This document shows, in pieces, positions 10,408 through 20,710 of a stretch of 57,423 nt of DNA. The stretch spans positions 1 through 57,423 of the forward strand of contig JBIJDZ010000004.1 of NCBI GenBank assembly GCA_044343805.1. Direction: 5' to 3'. A program made the translations under genes and the position numbers. Source of the stretch: Chthoniobacterales bacterium (GTDB lineage: Bacteria > Verrucomicrobiota > Verrucomicrobiia > Chthoniobacterales > JACTMZ01). Position 1 is the first letter of the stretch, and each line of letters starts with the position of its first letter. The notes under the pieces are model-generated. The model made no database searches. It saw nothing but the letters and a program-made list of their open reading frames with translations, and had not been told where the DNA came from.

Positions 10408-13400
10408 ATGAAAACTGCTGATTTGCTCAAAAAAATCGGACCATTGCGTGGGAGTCTTGGCGGTGGAGAAGACTCCGAGGGGATGAAACGGCGCATTTCT
10501 TACATCAATCTCAAACTCCGCGATCTCGGATGTCCGACTTTCCCCACACAGTTCGATCCCGAGTTTGCCGACCTGGTGGGCGGGTTGATGGCTCTTAACC
10601 GCGAGAAAGACCGCCTGCTGGCCAGGCACTTATGCCCGGTGGACCATCGTATCCAGAATTTTCTTTATGATTACCTGCAGGATGTCGTTGAGGTTCCCCG
10701 CCTGCCCAATCACACCTTTGTCCTCGATCGTCACGGTTTGGCCAGGTTGCTTTCCCTGCCGCCCGACCGCGACGAGTTCTCCTCCGATATCATCAGCTCC
10801 TACCGCGTGCGTCAGGGGGTCCTGCACAACCCGAAAAGCGACCGGCGAACAACCGAGGGAATTTTCCATGTGACCGAGGGTGGTTTGCCGGTGCCGGATG
10901 ACAAAAAAGCGGTGCCGAGGGTGGTTTTCGGTCGTCTGCTGGCGGCGGCGTTGCAGCCTCCTCCGGAGTTAATGCGCTTGCCTTTCACTTCGACATTGTC
11001 CGAGCAGGCGGAATGTTTCGTCTCCCTTTTTCTCCGTCCTGTGGTGAGCCCGGAAGTTCCGGGTGTGAGCCCGGAAAAGAGCATGGAGGTGCGTTTCTTT
11101 GTGCCTGGCGGTTTGGTTTGCAATCTCGATTTTGTCGAAAGCATCTTCGGCAACTCCGGTGATCCGAACCTTCTGCAGAACGATGCTGGACTCGATACCG
11201 AGCACTGGACCGGTCACACGGGCTGCATCATTCTCGCGCCGCATCTCAACAAACTGACCAAAAAAGACTTGGGTTTGCCTCAGTGGGATGATGCGACCGA
11301 GCGGCAACGCCGCGACGGTATGTGCTGGAAGTCACCCGAGGAACTCTACAATGACGGGGTTGCTTTCAAAATTACCGCGCGCAATGAGGAGGGTGTCGTG
11401 GTCACGGTGATCTCCGACAACTACTTCGGCTATTGCAAAAAAGAGGTCAAAACGCAGTTGGGCATGGCGGCCAACCTTTTTGGCAACGCCGAGGAAGAGC
11501 ATGCGGGGGGCGCTCTCATCTTCCCGAGCTATGATCTGGCCGAGCAGATTGCGGTGGAGGATTTGCCGTTGGAGATGCCGCGTGGATTTGACCAGGCCAT
11601 GGATCTTCTCGGGGACACCGTGGAGAGGTATGCCGAGGGTTACGCCATTGACCGTGAGTTTCCCGAGGTTGTCTATGTGCCGGAGGATGCGCGTTTCCAG
11701 CTTCTCGCGCAGAAAGTTTCATGGCAGCGCGGCGGGGAAGACCGCGAGATCCCGCTGCGGCTTCACCATCACTACGTGCTGCCATGCGGCTACAAAATCC
11801 GCATGGAAAAGCCGGCAACGGGACGTGTCTGGAGGCTCATCGGCACGATGGCCGAGGGAACCCTTTGCCACAAGCCATGCACGGTTTCCGGCGGCGGAAA
11901 ATCGGAAATTTCCAAGCCCATCTCCGATGCCATTCTGCAGGGCCCGATTTTTGTCGCGGACTATGTGCGGGATTTCAATCTCGTCGATGAGTTGCTGCGA
12001 CGTGACTATTCGCAGCGTTATGCCGATCCGGCGCGCAAGGGCCGGGACACGCGGTTGGTCTTGAGTCCGCGTCGCTCCCTGGGGTCGGTCATCAAACTGC
12101 TTACACCTTCGCCGGCCTTCAGCGCCGATTACAATGCCTGGTTGGAGAGCATCCCGCAGCACATCAAAGAGTTGGTTTTTGTCTTGAAGCGCCTTTACCG
12201 CCCAGAATGGGGCGAGCATTGGCGGGAAAACTTCAGCGTGGACACGGTCAACGGCATGCCGGCCAACGAACTGCGTTTTCGCACCCGCAAGCTGGTGTCG
12301 AATTTTCTTCGTGTCGGCTTCGACGCGCACAATTCATGGCGTACCTTCGGGCTGCGAAAAGATTTTTTTCCTGCGGTGAAAATCCAGATGGAAGACGACA
12401 TTACCGCCTCGACAGTTGTGCCCAGGGATTTGCTGGCTCACTGGCTGGACGACCAGACAGCGCATTTGCGCGGCGTGAAATTCGTGCACAATTGCGAATA
12501 CCGGCTTTTCCAGCGTCCGGATGACGCTGTGCATCGCGGTTATGACAAAGTTACCGAGCTGGATTTTGCCCATGGCGGAAACTTCTTTTCAAATTACCAG
12601 CCACTCTCCGTCGAGGAAGCGCAGGCCATTTTCGACGATGCCGTCGGCTATTTTGAATACACGCGGCCGATGCAGAAGCTTATCGCCGGTTACCTTAAGT
12701 GCGGGCAGCCCGCTTATCTCGTTTCCAACGCGAATCCGCGGTTGGTCGATGGTCGGCCGACCAAAAACCCGCGATATCTGCAAACGCGTCCCGACCTTCT
12801 CGACCCGTGCGGGCGCCACCTTGCCGATGTAGGTATTCGTTTGGCGCGCGGGCTGCGCCAAGATCAACCTGCTCTCACGCCGGTCAACGCAGTCCTCTCG
12901 GGTCGGCGCAACAACCCGCCGGACAGGGGTGCTGGCATCCGTTCTTTGGCTGTGTACAGCCCGATCCACCACATGGAGTTGCCGGAGCTTTTCATGGAGT
13001 TCATCTGCAGTATGACCGGCAAGTCACCCTCCACTACGGGTGCAGGATCGGAGGGGGCGCTGACCAAGGGTCCGTTCAATGCCTTGCCGCCGATCTACGA
13101 CCTCAATGCGGCCTTCATATCCTATGTCGTGACCGGATATGACGGATTTGTCACGGCAGCCGGTTACGTCGGGCCGCATGCGCGGATCGATCACGATATC
13201 AGTCTCCTAGTGCCCGAAGTGTGGTGTCGCTTGTCTGTCGGCGAGCGTTCGCCGGACTTCCTGCACGAGCACGGCTATCTGGAGAGGGTACAGGACTTCG
13301 AGTTTGGCGGTCGTAAGGTACTCGCCAGCCGGTTGGGGAGCAGGATCACCAAAAAGTTTGTGAGCACTTTTTTCGGTCGCGTTTTCAATCATCCGCATGT

Positions 13401-13899
13401 TGTTTTGACCGAAGAAATGCTGCGCCCGGAAATGCAGGGGATGGGTTTGTTTGCCGATGGCATGGACAACATAATTGCCACGCAAAAGCGCGTTGCTGAA
13501 CATTACTTTTCCGACGGGAGCGTCGAGTGGGCTTGTCCGCCCCTCAAAGCTCTGCTGCATATCATGCGTGACGACCACTACGAGGGCAAAACGCTCGACG
13601 CCGTGGAGATACGGGACATGTTCAATCCCGAGAATGTGCTGGCGAGCGATTGGTATCGTGCCCGTTTGGCGGCTAAGCAACGCGTGGACACGCGCCTCTG
13701 GACACGCCATGTCAGCTATCTCGAGCGATTCCTCCGTAACCCAAGCTACACGGCTGAGGCCGTGCGTTTGAAGGTAGAGGAGAAGCTCACGCAGGCGCGT
13801 CGCCAGTTGGCATCTGTGAGCAGCCCCGAGTATATTGAAACTCTTGCCGGAATGACCGGAGCGGAGCCTGCAGTGCCGGATCCGGCGGGCCAGCGCTGA
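10408..13899 (+). CDS. Pyrophosphate-dependent phosphoenolpyruvate carboxykinase (PPi-PEPCK / PEP carboxytransphosphorylase)
   Basis: About 1160 aa with motifs GVLHNPKSDRRTT, DNYFGYCKKEVKTQ, AEEEHAGGA, CHKPCTVSGGGKSEISK (P-loop-like), KIQMEDDITAS and TGKSPSTTGAGSEGALTKGPFN, which I recognise from the Entamoeba/Propionibacterium enzyme family. Confidence 0.88.
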   Translation: MKTADLLKKIGPLRGSLGGGEDSEGMKRRISYINLKLRDLGCPTFPTQFDPEFADLVGGLMALNREKDRLLARHLCPVDHRIQNFLYDYLQDVVEVPRLPNHTFVLDRHGLARLLSLPPDRDEFSSDIISSYRVRQGVLHNPKSDRRTTEGIFHVTEGGLPVPDDKKAVPRVVFGRLLAAALQPPPELMRLPFTSTLSEQAECFVSLFLRPVVSPEVPGVSPEKSMEVRFFVPGGLVCNLDFVESIFGNSGDPNLLQNDAGLDTEHWTGHTGCIILAPHLNKLTKKDLGLPQWDDATERQRRDGMCWKSPEELYNDGVAFKITARNEEGVVVTVISDNYFGYCKKEVKTQLGMAANLFGNAEEEHAGGALIFPSYDLAEQIAVEDLPLEMPRGFDQAMDLLGDTVERYAEGYAIDREFPEVVYVPEDARFQLLAQKVSWQRGGEDREIPLRLHHHYVLPCGYKIRMEKPATGRVWRLIGTMAEGTLCHKPCTVSGGGKSEISKPISDAILQGPIFVADYVRDFNLVDELLRRDYSQRYADPARKGRDTRLVLSPRRSLGSVIKLLTPSPAFSADYNAWLESIPQHIKELVFVLKRLYRPEWGEHWRENFSVDTVNGMPANELRFRTRKLVSNFLRVGFDAHNSWRTFGLRKDFFPAVKIQMEDDITASTVVPRDLLAHWLDDQTAHLRGVKFVHNCEYRLFQRPDDAVHRGYDKVTELDFAHGGNFFSNYQPLSVEEAQAIFDDAVGYFEYTRPMQKLIAGYLKCGQPAYLVSNANPRLVDGRPTKNPRYLQTRPDLLDPCGRHLADVGIRLARGLRQDQPALTPVNAVLSGRRNNPPDRGAGIRSLAVYSPIHHMELPELFMEFICSMTGKSPSTTGAGSEGALTKGPFNALPPIYDLNAAFISYVVTGYDGFVTAAGYVGPHARIDHDISLLVPEVWCRLSVGERSPDFLHEHGYLERVQDFEFGGRKVLASRLGSRITKKFVSTFFGRVFNHPHVVLTEEMLRPEMQGMGLFADGMDNIIATQKRVAEHYFSDGSVEWACPPLKALLHIMRDDHYEGKTLDAVEIRDMFNPENVLASDWYRARLAAKQRVDTRLWTRHVSYLERFLRNPSYTAEAVRLKVEEKLTQARRQLASVSSPEYIETLAGMTGAEPAVPDPAGQR

Positions 13900-13901
13900 A
13901 A

Positions 13902-14321
13902 TCAGCTGAATGTCAGATTCTTCACGCCGGCAGCGGCGGCTGAATTGAGGACGTCGATGATGCGCTCTTGCCGGGCATCTTCGGAAGGGCGGATGATGAC
14001 GGGGTCTTTGTCTCCGAATCGCTCGATATTCTCTTTGAGTCGGGCTCGCAACTCGGGCATCTCCTTGCTGGTCGGTGTATCGAAGACCTTGCTGTTGAGG
14101 CTGACAATGCCTTCGGGGCTGATGTCGATGATGACCGGGGTCGGGGGAGGTCCTGCGGCAGCCGCGCCGCGACCACTAGGGAGGCTGATATTCAGCTCAC
14201 GTTCGACGACTTGCGATCCAGCCGATGCCATGAAGAAAAGCAAAAGGACGAAGACCACGTCCACCATCGGAGCAATCTGGAATCCTGCATCCCCGTCTTC
14301 TGAACCTACGGAACCTGCCAT
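13902..14321 (-). CDS. exbD: ExbD/TolR family biopolymer transporter
   Basis: IAPMVDVVFVLLLFFM TM with conserved Asp; VIIR..IIDVLN..AAGV periplasmic domain. Confidence 0.88.
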   Translation of the reverse strand: MAGSVGSEDGDAGFQIAPMVDVVFVLLLFFMASAGSQVVERELNISLPSGRGAAAAGPPPTPVIIDISPEGIVSLNSKVFDTPTSKEMPELRARLKENIERFGDKDPVIIRPSEDARQERIIDVLNSAAAAGVKNLTFS

Positions 14322-14349
14322 ATGATTTATTCGCTAAAGTGAAAGTGTC

Positions 14350-14838
14350 TCAGGTAGATGCCGCAGCCGGCTTAGCTTCTTTGTCGACCACGGAAAAAGT
14401 GACATTGGCGATGCCAGCTTGACCGACCGCCTCCAGCAGGCCTCTGGTCACATTGTAGCGGACGTCTTTGTCGGCCCGGATCAGCACGCGCACCATGGGG
14501 TTTTTCTGAATATGGTTCTGTAACACCGGAATGAGATCGCCGGGCGTGGCGTATTCTTTTTCGTTCACGCTGATACCGACGCCCCCGCTGATGGGGTTGA
14601 TGGCAAGATTGACGATGATTTGGCCCGGGTTTTCCTTGGCATCTTTAGCGTCTTTGGCCACGGGCAGCCGAATGTCTTTGTTCGATTGCAAAACCTCGGT
14701 CGAACTGATCGACATGAAGAAGACCAAAAGCACGAGCAGAATATCGATCATGGGAGCGATCTGAAACTCTGGTTCCGCCTCAGGCTCGGGCTGGCGGTGC
14801 TTTTTTTTCTTTTTTCCGTGGGGTGCGGGTTCGCTCAT
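14350..14838 (-). CDS. exbD: ExbD/TolR family biopolymer transporter (second copy)
   Basis: IAPMIDILLVLLVFFM; VLIRADKDVRY. Confidence 0.88.
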   Translation of the reverse strand: MSEPAPHGKKKKKHRQPEPEAEPEFQIAPMIDILLVLLVFFMSISSTEVLQSNKDIRLPVAKDAKDAKENPGQIIVNLAINPISGGVGISVNEKEYATPGDLIPVLQNHIQKNPMVRVLIRADKDVRYNVTRGLLEAVGQAGIANVTFSVVDKEAKPAAAST

Positions 14839-14850
14839 GGCGCGGCTGGG

Positions 14851-15744
14851 TTATGCCTGCCAATCAAGCGTTGATCCGCAGGAGGGGCAGGGATTTTGGC
14901 CGGCCACGACGGGAGCTTGGCAGATGGGACAATTGGTGGTGAGTTCCATAGAGACCTTGTTGGAAATAGAAGCCTCGGGAGCTCCGGTGGCGCCGGCATT
15001 GAAGTTTTCGCCGATGCGTAGGCCGGCAACTTCCTCGAACGGGATATCTTCGATCAATTGGTTGAGGGCGCTGTCCGCGTAAACGGTGGCGTCGTTGATC
15101 CGGTTGCGGAAAAAGTAGTAAAAAATGAAGGCTGGAATGGCGATGAAGAGACCGCTGGCGGTAGCGAGAAGGACCTCACCAATACTCATGGCGAGTTTGC
15201 GGGGGTCGGAAACGCCGGATTGGCCGAGCACGGCAAAGGCGCCCATCATGCCGATAACAGTTCCGAGAAGCCCGATCATCGGGGAAATAACGCCGATAAC
15301 CGACAGGTAGCTGTTGCGGGTTTTGAAAGCTTGCGACTCTCGAACACCGATCTCGATTATGGCCGCTTCGGTGGCGTCCTTGCCGCGCCCGATGCGTTCC
15401 AAAGCCCCTCCGAGGACGGCACCGATGTAGGTTTTGGCATTTTCCCGGCAGGTGGTCCAAGCCTCCTGATAGTTGCCGGCTTTGAGGCTGTCATCCAGTG
15501 CCGCCACTAGAGTCTTGGGAGCCAAGGACTGGCGGCGAACGCTCAGGAACAGCTGAATGATGAAAGTCACCATGACAACCGAGGTGGCTACGATCGCGAT
15601 CCAGATCATGATGATCAATGGACCGCCGTGGAGGATCATCTCAATGATTGATGTGCTTTCGCCTTCGGCTGCGCGCGCAGTGGTGGCACCTACCAGCAGG
15701 GCGATAGTTGGCAGGAGTGTTCTGAGATAGGGTTTGTTCATCAT
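14851..15744 (-). CDS. exbB: ExbB/TolQ/MotA family proton channel with C-terminal zinc ribbon
   Basis: SPMIGLLGTVIGMMGAF and LATASGLFIAIPA motifs; signal peptide; C-terminal CPIC-x10-CPSC. Confidence 0.88.
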   Translation of the reverse strand: MMNKPYLRTLLPTIALLVGATTARAAEGESTSIIEMILHGGPLIIMIWIAIVATSVVMVTFIIQLFLSVRRQSLAPKTLVAALDDSLKAGNYQEAWTTCRENAKTYIGAVLGGALERIGRGKDATEAAIIEIGVRESQAFKTRNSYLSVIGVISPMIGLLGTVIGMMGAFAVLGQSGVSDPRKLAMSIGEVLLATASGLFIAIPAFIFYYFFRNRINDATVYADSALNQLIEDIPFEEVAGLRIGENFNAGATGAPEASISNKVSMELTTNCPICQAPVVAGQNPCPSCGSTLDWQA

Positions 15745-15772
15745 GGTGTGGGATCGTGTAATGAGAATTTGG

Positions 15773-16531
15773 TCAAGGAGCAATCAGGCCGTTGTTTTCG
15801 CTGCGGAGGGCATCGGCCCGCGCTTGTGATGTTTTGGCAGCATTTGTGTCGAATGGAAAGATGGCATAGGCTTTGAGATAATGCTCTAGAGCGCTTTGTT
15901 TTTCGCCAGCGGCCTCCCGCACGCGCCCCATGAGATAATGTCCTTGTGACAGAGCCGGACCATTTGCGGGCGATGGGAAAGCCGTTGCGGGCGATTTGGC
16001 TAGGACCGTTTCCAATAGCTTGGCAGCCTCATCATATTGCCCCGCATCCACGGCAAGTCGGGCCTTGCCCAAGTTGGCCAGAGAGGTTGCTTGCGGGTAG
16101 GTCTTGCTGAACTGTTCGTAAGCTTGCTTGGCGCCTTGGGTGTCGCCGGCAGCCAATTTGGCATCACCGAGCATGGCGGCCGCGCGCTCGGCCCATGGAG
16201 CGGGAAGTCCGGCGAATGTCTCGTTGAGTTTCTGCAAACCAGCCAGCGATCCTCGGGCATCGCCGGCGGCCAGTCTGGCTGCGGCGGACTCAAACTCCGG
16301 CGGGGTGGTCATGCGGATTTCGGTGACTTCGGCCAGCGGTATTCCGGCGGTTGAAGTGCCAATCTGCAGGAGAACGTTGCTGCCCCTGACGCCGACAATT
16401 TTGCCTTCGCGGTTCTGCCCGTTTTTGAGCGCGATGGTATCCTGCGCCCTTGTATGGGCGGCTGTTCCCGAGAGCATCATGATGGTGACCGCAACAAGGA
16501 TGCGGGCGCGGGGGCTTGCTTTCATGAACAT
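15773..16531 (-). CDS. Exported TPR-repeat protein
   Basis: Signal peptide, small N-terminal beta domain (DTIALKNGQNREGKIV), then TPR-like helical repeats ending ALEHYLKAYAIFP. Confidence 0.7.
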   Translation of the reverse strand: MFMKASPRARILVAVTIMMLSGTAAHTRAQDTIALKNGQNREGKIVGVRGSNVLLQIGTSTAGIPLAEVTEIRMTTPPEFESAAARLAAGDARGSLAGLQKLNETFAGLPAPWAERAAAMLGDAKLAAGDTQGAKQAYEQFSKTYPQATSLANLGKARLAVDAGQYDEAAKLLETVLAKSPATAFPSPANGPALSQGHYLMGRVREAAGEKQSALEHYLKAYAIFPFDTNAAKTSQARADALRSENNGLIAP

Positions 16532-16575
16532 GATGAAATAATCCACGCATTCACTTTTTTCAACAAAATCGTCCC

Positions 16576-18090
16576 ATGTTCACCACCATTCGCAAGCATC
16601 AGCGTTGGCTCATGCTCGTCATCGCCGTGCTCACCATCATCGCATTTGCCTGGCTATACAACACTACCGACCTGGAACGTGTGGGCACCAACATTGTTGC
16701 CAAGATCTACGGACGCGATGTCATGCAGGTCGATGTCGAGAGGTCGGTAAGGAATTACCAGTTGGCGCTGGCCTTGGGGCAATTCCAGCTCGTGCGTGAT
16801 CTTTCCGGACAGGCCCAAACGGAGGAGGAGGCAGCAAACAACTTCATCTGGAACTTGATGATCCTGCAGCACGAATCCGCCGCTTTGGGCACCGAGCCGT
16901 CGGCCCAAGCCGTGGTGGCCCGTATCAAGTCGCTGCCGGTTTTCCAAACAAGCGGTCAATTCGACCCGCTGAAATATTCGGAATTTTTGCAGCAACAATT
17001 GGCGCCCCGCGGGTTCACCGAGCGTCAGCTGGAAAGCGTCATCAAGGACAGCCTCCGCCTCGAGGCGGTGAAGTCGCTGGTGGAATCTCCTGCTGTTGTC
17101 CTGAAGGGTGAGGTCGATGCCTCGGTCGAGCGTCTGGCTCCGGCCGATGTCGAAGTGGTGCGTTTCGACGCGGCGACGATCGCGAAGAATGTTTCCGTTT
17201 CCGAAGAGGAGTTAAAAAAAACCTATGACGAGCGCCGGGCCGGGTTGACGGCCCCGGAAAAAAGATCGGTACGCTACACGGCTTTTGTGCTTACACCCGA
17301 GGAAGCAAAACTGAAAGACAAGGCGCGTGTCGAAGCCCTGCAAAAAATTGCCACGGCGACGGGTGATTTTGCCCAATCGTTGGCGGATAGCGGACAATCT
17401 TTGTCCGATGCCGCCCCGACCAATGGCCTCAAAGTGCAGACCTCGCCGGTATTTAACGCTGAGGGCGCTGCGGGTGGGGAGCTGAAGGGATTGGAAGCCG
17501 AGGTCGTTTCTGCCGCGGCATCGGTGGCCTTTCGACTTCCTCCAGGTCCGGGAAATTTCGAGATCGTGGCGCTTGGCGAGCGAGGCTACGCGCTGATCGA
17601 GGTCGCTGAAGTGCAAGCTGCGCGCCCGCTGACACTTGATGAGGCGCGGGCTGATATCCGGGCTGGCTTGCTCGAGCAAAAAAGGGATCAAGTGGTTCGC
17701 GAGGCAGCAGATAAAGTTTTGCCGGTGCTGAGAAAGCAGTTGGCTGACGGAAAGACGTTTGCCGAGGCGGCGAAAGCTGTCGGCGTCAAGAGCACCCCGA
17801 TGAAAGCGCTTTCCGTTTTCACCGAGAACTTGAAGCCCGAGCAACGTGAGGTGGCGCTGTCGGTGATGGATCTGCCGGTGGGAACCTTGGGCGAGTTTGA
17901 GCCTGGCCCGAACGGCGGATTCGCTGCCTACGTTGACGGCCGCTCGCAGCCTGATGCCGAGGCCTTGACGCAACGCCGTCCGATGCTCGAGCAAGGAATT
18001 TTGCAGGGCAAACAGATGCTTCTCTTCGCCCAGTGGCTCGTGACCGCCCGCGACAGGGCCGGGCTGCAAATCCTCCGCCCGATGATGTAG
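16576..18090 (+). CDS. SurA N-terminal domain / PpiD-like periplasmic chaperone
   Basis: MFTTIRKHQRWLMLVIAVLTIIAF membrane anchor, LPVFQTSGQFD, VSEEELKKTY..PEKRSVRY. Confidence 0.8.
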   Translation: MFTTIRKHQRWLMLVIAVLTIIAFAWLYNTTDLERVGTNIVAKIYGRDVMQVDVERSVRNYQLALALGQFQLVRDLSGQAQTEEEAANNFIWNLMILQHESAALGTEPSAQAVVARIKSLPVFQTSGQFDPLKYSEFLQQQLAPRGFTERQLESVIKDSLRLEAVKSLVESPAVVLKGEVDASVERLAPADVEVVRFDAATIAKNVSVSEEELKKTYDERRAGLTAPEKRSVRYTAFVLTPEEAKLKDKARVEALQKIATATGDFAQSLADSGQSLSDAAPTNGLKVQTSPVFNAEGAAGGELKGLEAEVVSAAASVAFRLPPGPGNFEIVALGERGYALIEVAEVQAARPLTLDEARADIRAGLLEQKRDQVVREAADKVLPVLRKQLADGKTFAEAAKAVGVKSTPMKALSVFTENLKPEQREVALSVMDLPVGTLGEFEPGPNGGFAAYVDGRSQPDAEALTQRRPMLEQGILQGKQMLLFAQWLVTARDRAGLQILRPMM

Positions 18091-18148
18091 CCCTGTCCCG
18101 GGTGCTGTCGTTTGTTTGTCCCGGCATCCAGCCAGCGGAGTCCATAAC

Positions 18149-19702
18149 ATGTCTGCCAAAACCTTCTTTATCACCACGGCGATCGATTACACGAACGCCC
18201 CTCCGCACATCGGTCACGCTTATGAAAAAGTGCTCGCTGATGTGGTCTCCCGATGGCATCGCGAACGCGGTCGTCCTGTTTTTTTTCTGACTGGTGTGGA
18301 CCAGCACGGGCAGAAAGTTCAGCAGTCTGCCGAAAAGGCCGGAGTTGCTCCGGCCGAGTTTGCCCGCGAGATTACGGCGAAGTTCAAAGCTCTCTGGCAA
18401 AAGCTTGGCGTGGCCTACGACGGTTGGGCTGAGACGACCGATCCGCGACATGTGAACGCGGTGCAAGCGGTTCTGCAGCAGTTGCATGATCAGGGGGATC
18501 TCTACAAGGCCCGCCACAGCGGTCATTACAGTGTGAGGCAGGAGCAATTCCTCACGGACAAAGAGCGCAATGAGGCGGGAGAATTCGGGCCGGAGTGGGG
18601 TGAAGTCGTGTTCCTTGAGGAGGAAAACTGGTATTTCCGTTTGTCAAAATATCGCCCGTGGTTGGCCGAGTATCTGGCGGCTCACCCGGATTTTGTCGTC
18701 CCCGCTTTCCGTGGCACGGAACTGGTCAATGCGGTGGCCAAAGAAGCGGGTGATCTTTGTATTTCCCGTCCGAAGTCGCGCTTGGCCTGGGGCATTGAGT
18801 TGCCTTTCGATCGCGACTACGTGACCTATGTGTGGTTCGACGCATTGATGAATTATGTCACCTTTGCCGGCTACCGTGCCGAACATGGCGGGGCTTTGCC
18901 CCGATTCGAGCAGCTCTGGCCATGCGATGCACACGTGATAGGCAAAGACATTCTTGTTCCCGCGCACGGCGTCTATTGGCCGATCATGCTCAAAGCAGCG
19001 GGAGTCGAAGCCATGCCGAAGCTTCTTGTCCACGGCTGGTGGAATCTTGGCGGGGCCAAAGTCAGCAAAAGCGCCGGCAATGTGATCGATCCGGATGCCT
19101 TGGCCGGTCGATACGGAACCGACGCGCTGCGCTACTACCTCATGCGCGACATCGCCACCGGCCAAGATGCGGATTTCAATGAAGACAGGCTGCGGGCAAG
19201 ATACCAAGCTGATCTGGCCAATGATTTGGGAAACTTGGTCAATCGCACGGTGAGCATGGCCCAACGTTACCGCGGCGGTTTGTTGGCAGCAGCTCCGGCC
19301 GACAAATCGCAGGATGCTGCCGCGCTCGAGGCGCTCGGTAGCTCGGTTTCGCAACGGTTTGATGCCGCCATGGCTGCTTACCAAGTGCACTCTGCGCTCG
19401 AGGCTGCATGGGAACTCATCGCGGCGGCCAACGGCTTTGTGGAAAGTTCCGCCCCGTGGAAGTTGGCCAAAGATCCGGCCCAAGCCTCGCGCTTGGATGA
19501 AGTTCTGGTCTCGCTGGTCGAGGCGGCTCGTTTGGCGGCGGCCTTGGTCCATCCGGTTGTTCCTGCTTCCTCGGATCAACTTCTTGCCCAGCTTGGGTTC
19601 TCCGGCAATTGCTCGCCGGTCTGGGGAGCTGTCGCCGCTGGTCATGCGGTCGGAGAGCCGAGCCCGGTTTTTCCGCGCCTGGAGACGGACGCGACAAGCT
19701 GA
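18149..19702 (+). CDS. metG: Methionine--tRNA ligase (short monomeric form)
   Basis: ITTAIDYTNAPPHIGH, FLTGVDQHGQK, YVWFDALMNY, IGKDI, KVSKS (KMSKS equivalent), LANDLGNLVNR; no C-terminal tRNA-binding dimer domain. Confidence 0.95.
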   Translation: MSAKTFFITTAIDYTNAPPHIGHAYEKVLADVVSRWHRERGRPVFFLTGVDQHGQKVQQSAEKAGVAPAEFAREITAKFKALWQKLGVAYDGWAETTDPRHVNAVQAVLQQLHDQGDLYKARHSGHYSVRQEQFLTDKERNEAGEFGPEWGEVVFLEEENWYFRLSKYRPWLAEYLAAHPDFVVPAFRGTELVNAVAKEAGDLCISRPKSRLAWGIELPFDRDYVTYVWFDALMNYVTFAGYRAEHGGALPRFEQLWPCDAHVIGKDILVPAHGVYWPIMLKAAGVEAMPKLLVHGWWNLGGAKVSKSAGNVIDPDALAGRYGTDALRYYLMRDIATGQDADFNEDRLRARYQADLANDLGNLVNRTVSMAQRYRGGLLAAAPADKSQDAAALEALGSSVSQRFDAAMAAYQVHSALEAAWELIAAANGFVESSAPWKLAKDPAQASRLDEVLVSLVEAARLAAALVHPVVPASSDQLLAQLGFSGNCSPVWGAVAAGHAVGEPSPVFPRLETDATS

Positions 19703-19705
19703 GCT

Positions 19706-20710
19706 GTGGGTAAAAAATTTCCAACATGGGAAGCTCTCGGGTTTTGGGCCCGCCTCCGCTGCAGGCTCGAGTTTGCCGGCCTGTGGTTGTTTTCCCGCTT
19801 TGTTCCATTGCTTCCATGGCAGGTGGTGCGGGCGCTGGCTTGGCTTCTCGGCGGGTTGGTCTGCGAACTTGATAAACGCGGACGTTCCTATGCCGTGGCC
19901 AACCTGAACATGGTCTTCGGCAAGGAGAAAACTCCCTCCGAGATTCGGCGGATCGCCCGCGATTCATACCGGCAATTTGCGCGAACCATGCTGGAGCTCT
20001 TTTGGGCCCGCAACTTCACGTCAGGCAACTACACGCACCGCATGGGTATGGAGGGTTGGGAGGAAGCCCGCGCTCTGGTCAAACGCAACGCGGGCGGGAT
20101 TTTTGTCTGCCTGCACTACGGCAATTTCGAATGGCTGAGCATCGCCGGCGCCTATGAGTTTCTCCCGGGATGTATTGTCACCCAGCAATTTCGCAACCCG
20201 CTTCTCGGCCCCATTTTCGATCGTCTCCGGTCGATGAGCGGCAACCGCATCATCAAGCAGGAGCGCTCGATGCTTGTCACCCTCAAGCACCTCAAGGCCG
20301 GAGGAAATATCGGTGTCCTGATCGACCTGCAACTCGACCCCCGGCTTCCCTCTGTTCCGATCAAATCTTTCGGTCGGTGGTGCTCCGTGACCAAGCTCCA
20401 CGCCATGCTGCAGAAACGCACCGGATACCCCATCATCCCGATTGAAAGCGTCCCTTTGCCCGACGGTCGCTACCGCACAGTTGCGCACCCGCCGCTTTAT
20501 TTTGCGCCCGAAGCGACCGAGCAGGAAATCGCACAAGCGTGTTGGGATGTCTTCGAGCATCGCGTGCGAGAGCAGCCCGAGGCTTGGCTGTGGGCCTACA
20601 AACACTGGCGCAACCTGCCGGCGGAGGCCGATGCGGCGGATTACCCCTTCTACGCCTCGCGCAACATTGCTTTCGACGAACTCCGCGCTGCGCGGAATAA
20701 TGACTTATGA
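19706..20710 (+). CDS. Lipid A late acyltransferase (LpxL/HtrB family)
   Basis: HYGNFE (Hx4E) catalytic motif; PEAWLWAYKHWR C-terminal motif. Confidence 0.85.
   Translation: MGKKFPTWEALGFWARLRCRLEFAGLWLFSRFVPLLPWQVVRALAWLLGGLVCELDKRGRSYAVANLNMVFGKEKTPSEIRRIARDSYRQFARTMLELFWARNFTSGNYTHRMGMEGWEEARALVKRNAGGIFVCLHYGNFEWLSIAGAYEFLPGCIVTQQFRNPLLGPIFDRLRSMSGNRIIKQERSMLVTLKHLKAGGNIGVLIDLQLDPRLPSVPIKSFGRWCSVTKLHAMLQKRTGYPIIPIESVPLPDGRYRTVAHPPLYFAPEATEQEIAQACWDVFEHRVREQPEAWLWAYKHWRNLPAEADAADYPFYASRNIAFDELRAARNNDL

Noticed and set aside
14800..14816. Poly-T tract as a terminator or phase-variation site
   Set aside because: It encodes the KKKKK run at the ExbD N-terminus on the minus strand, has no preceding hairpin, and the frame is intact.
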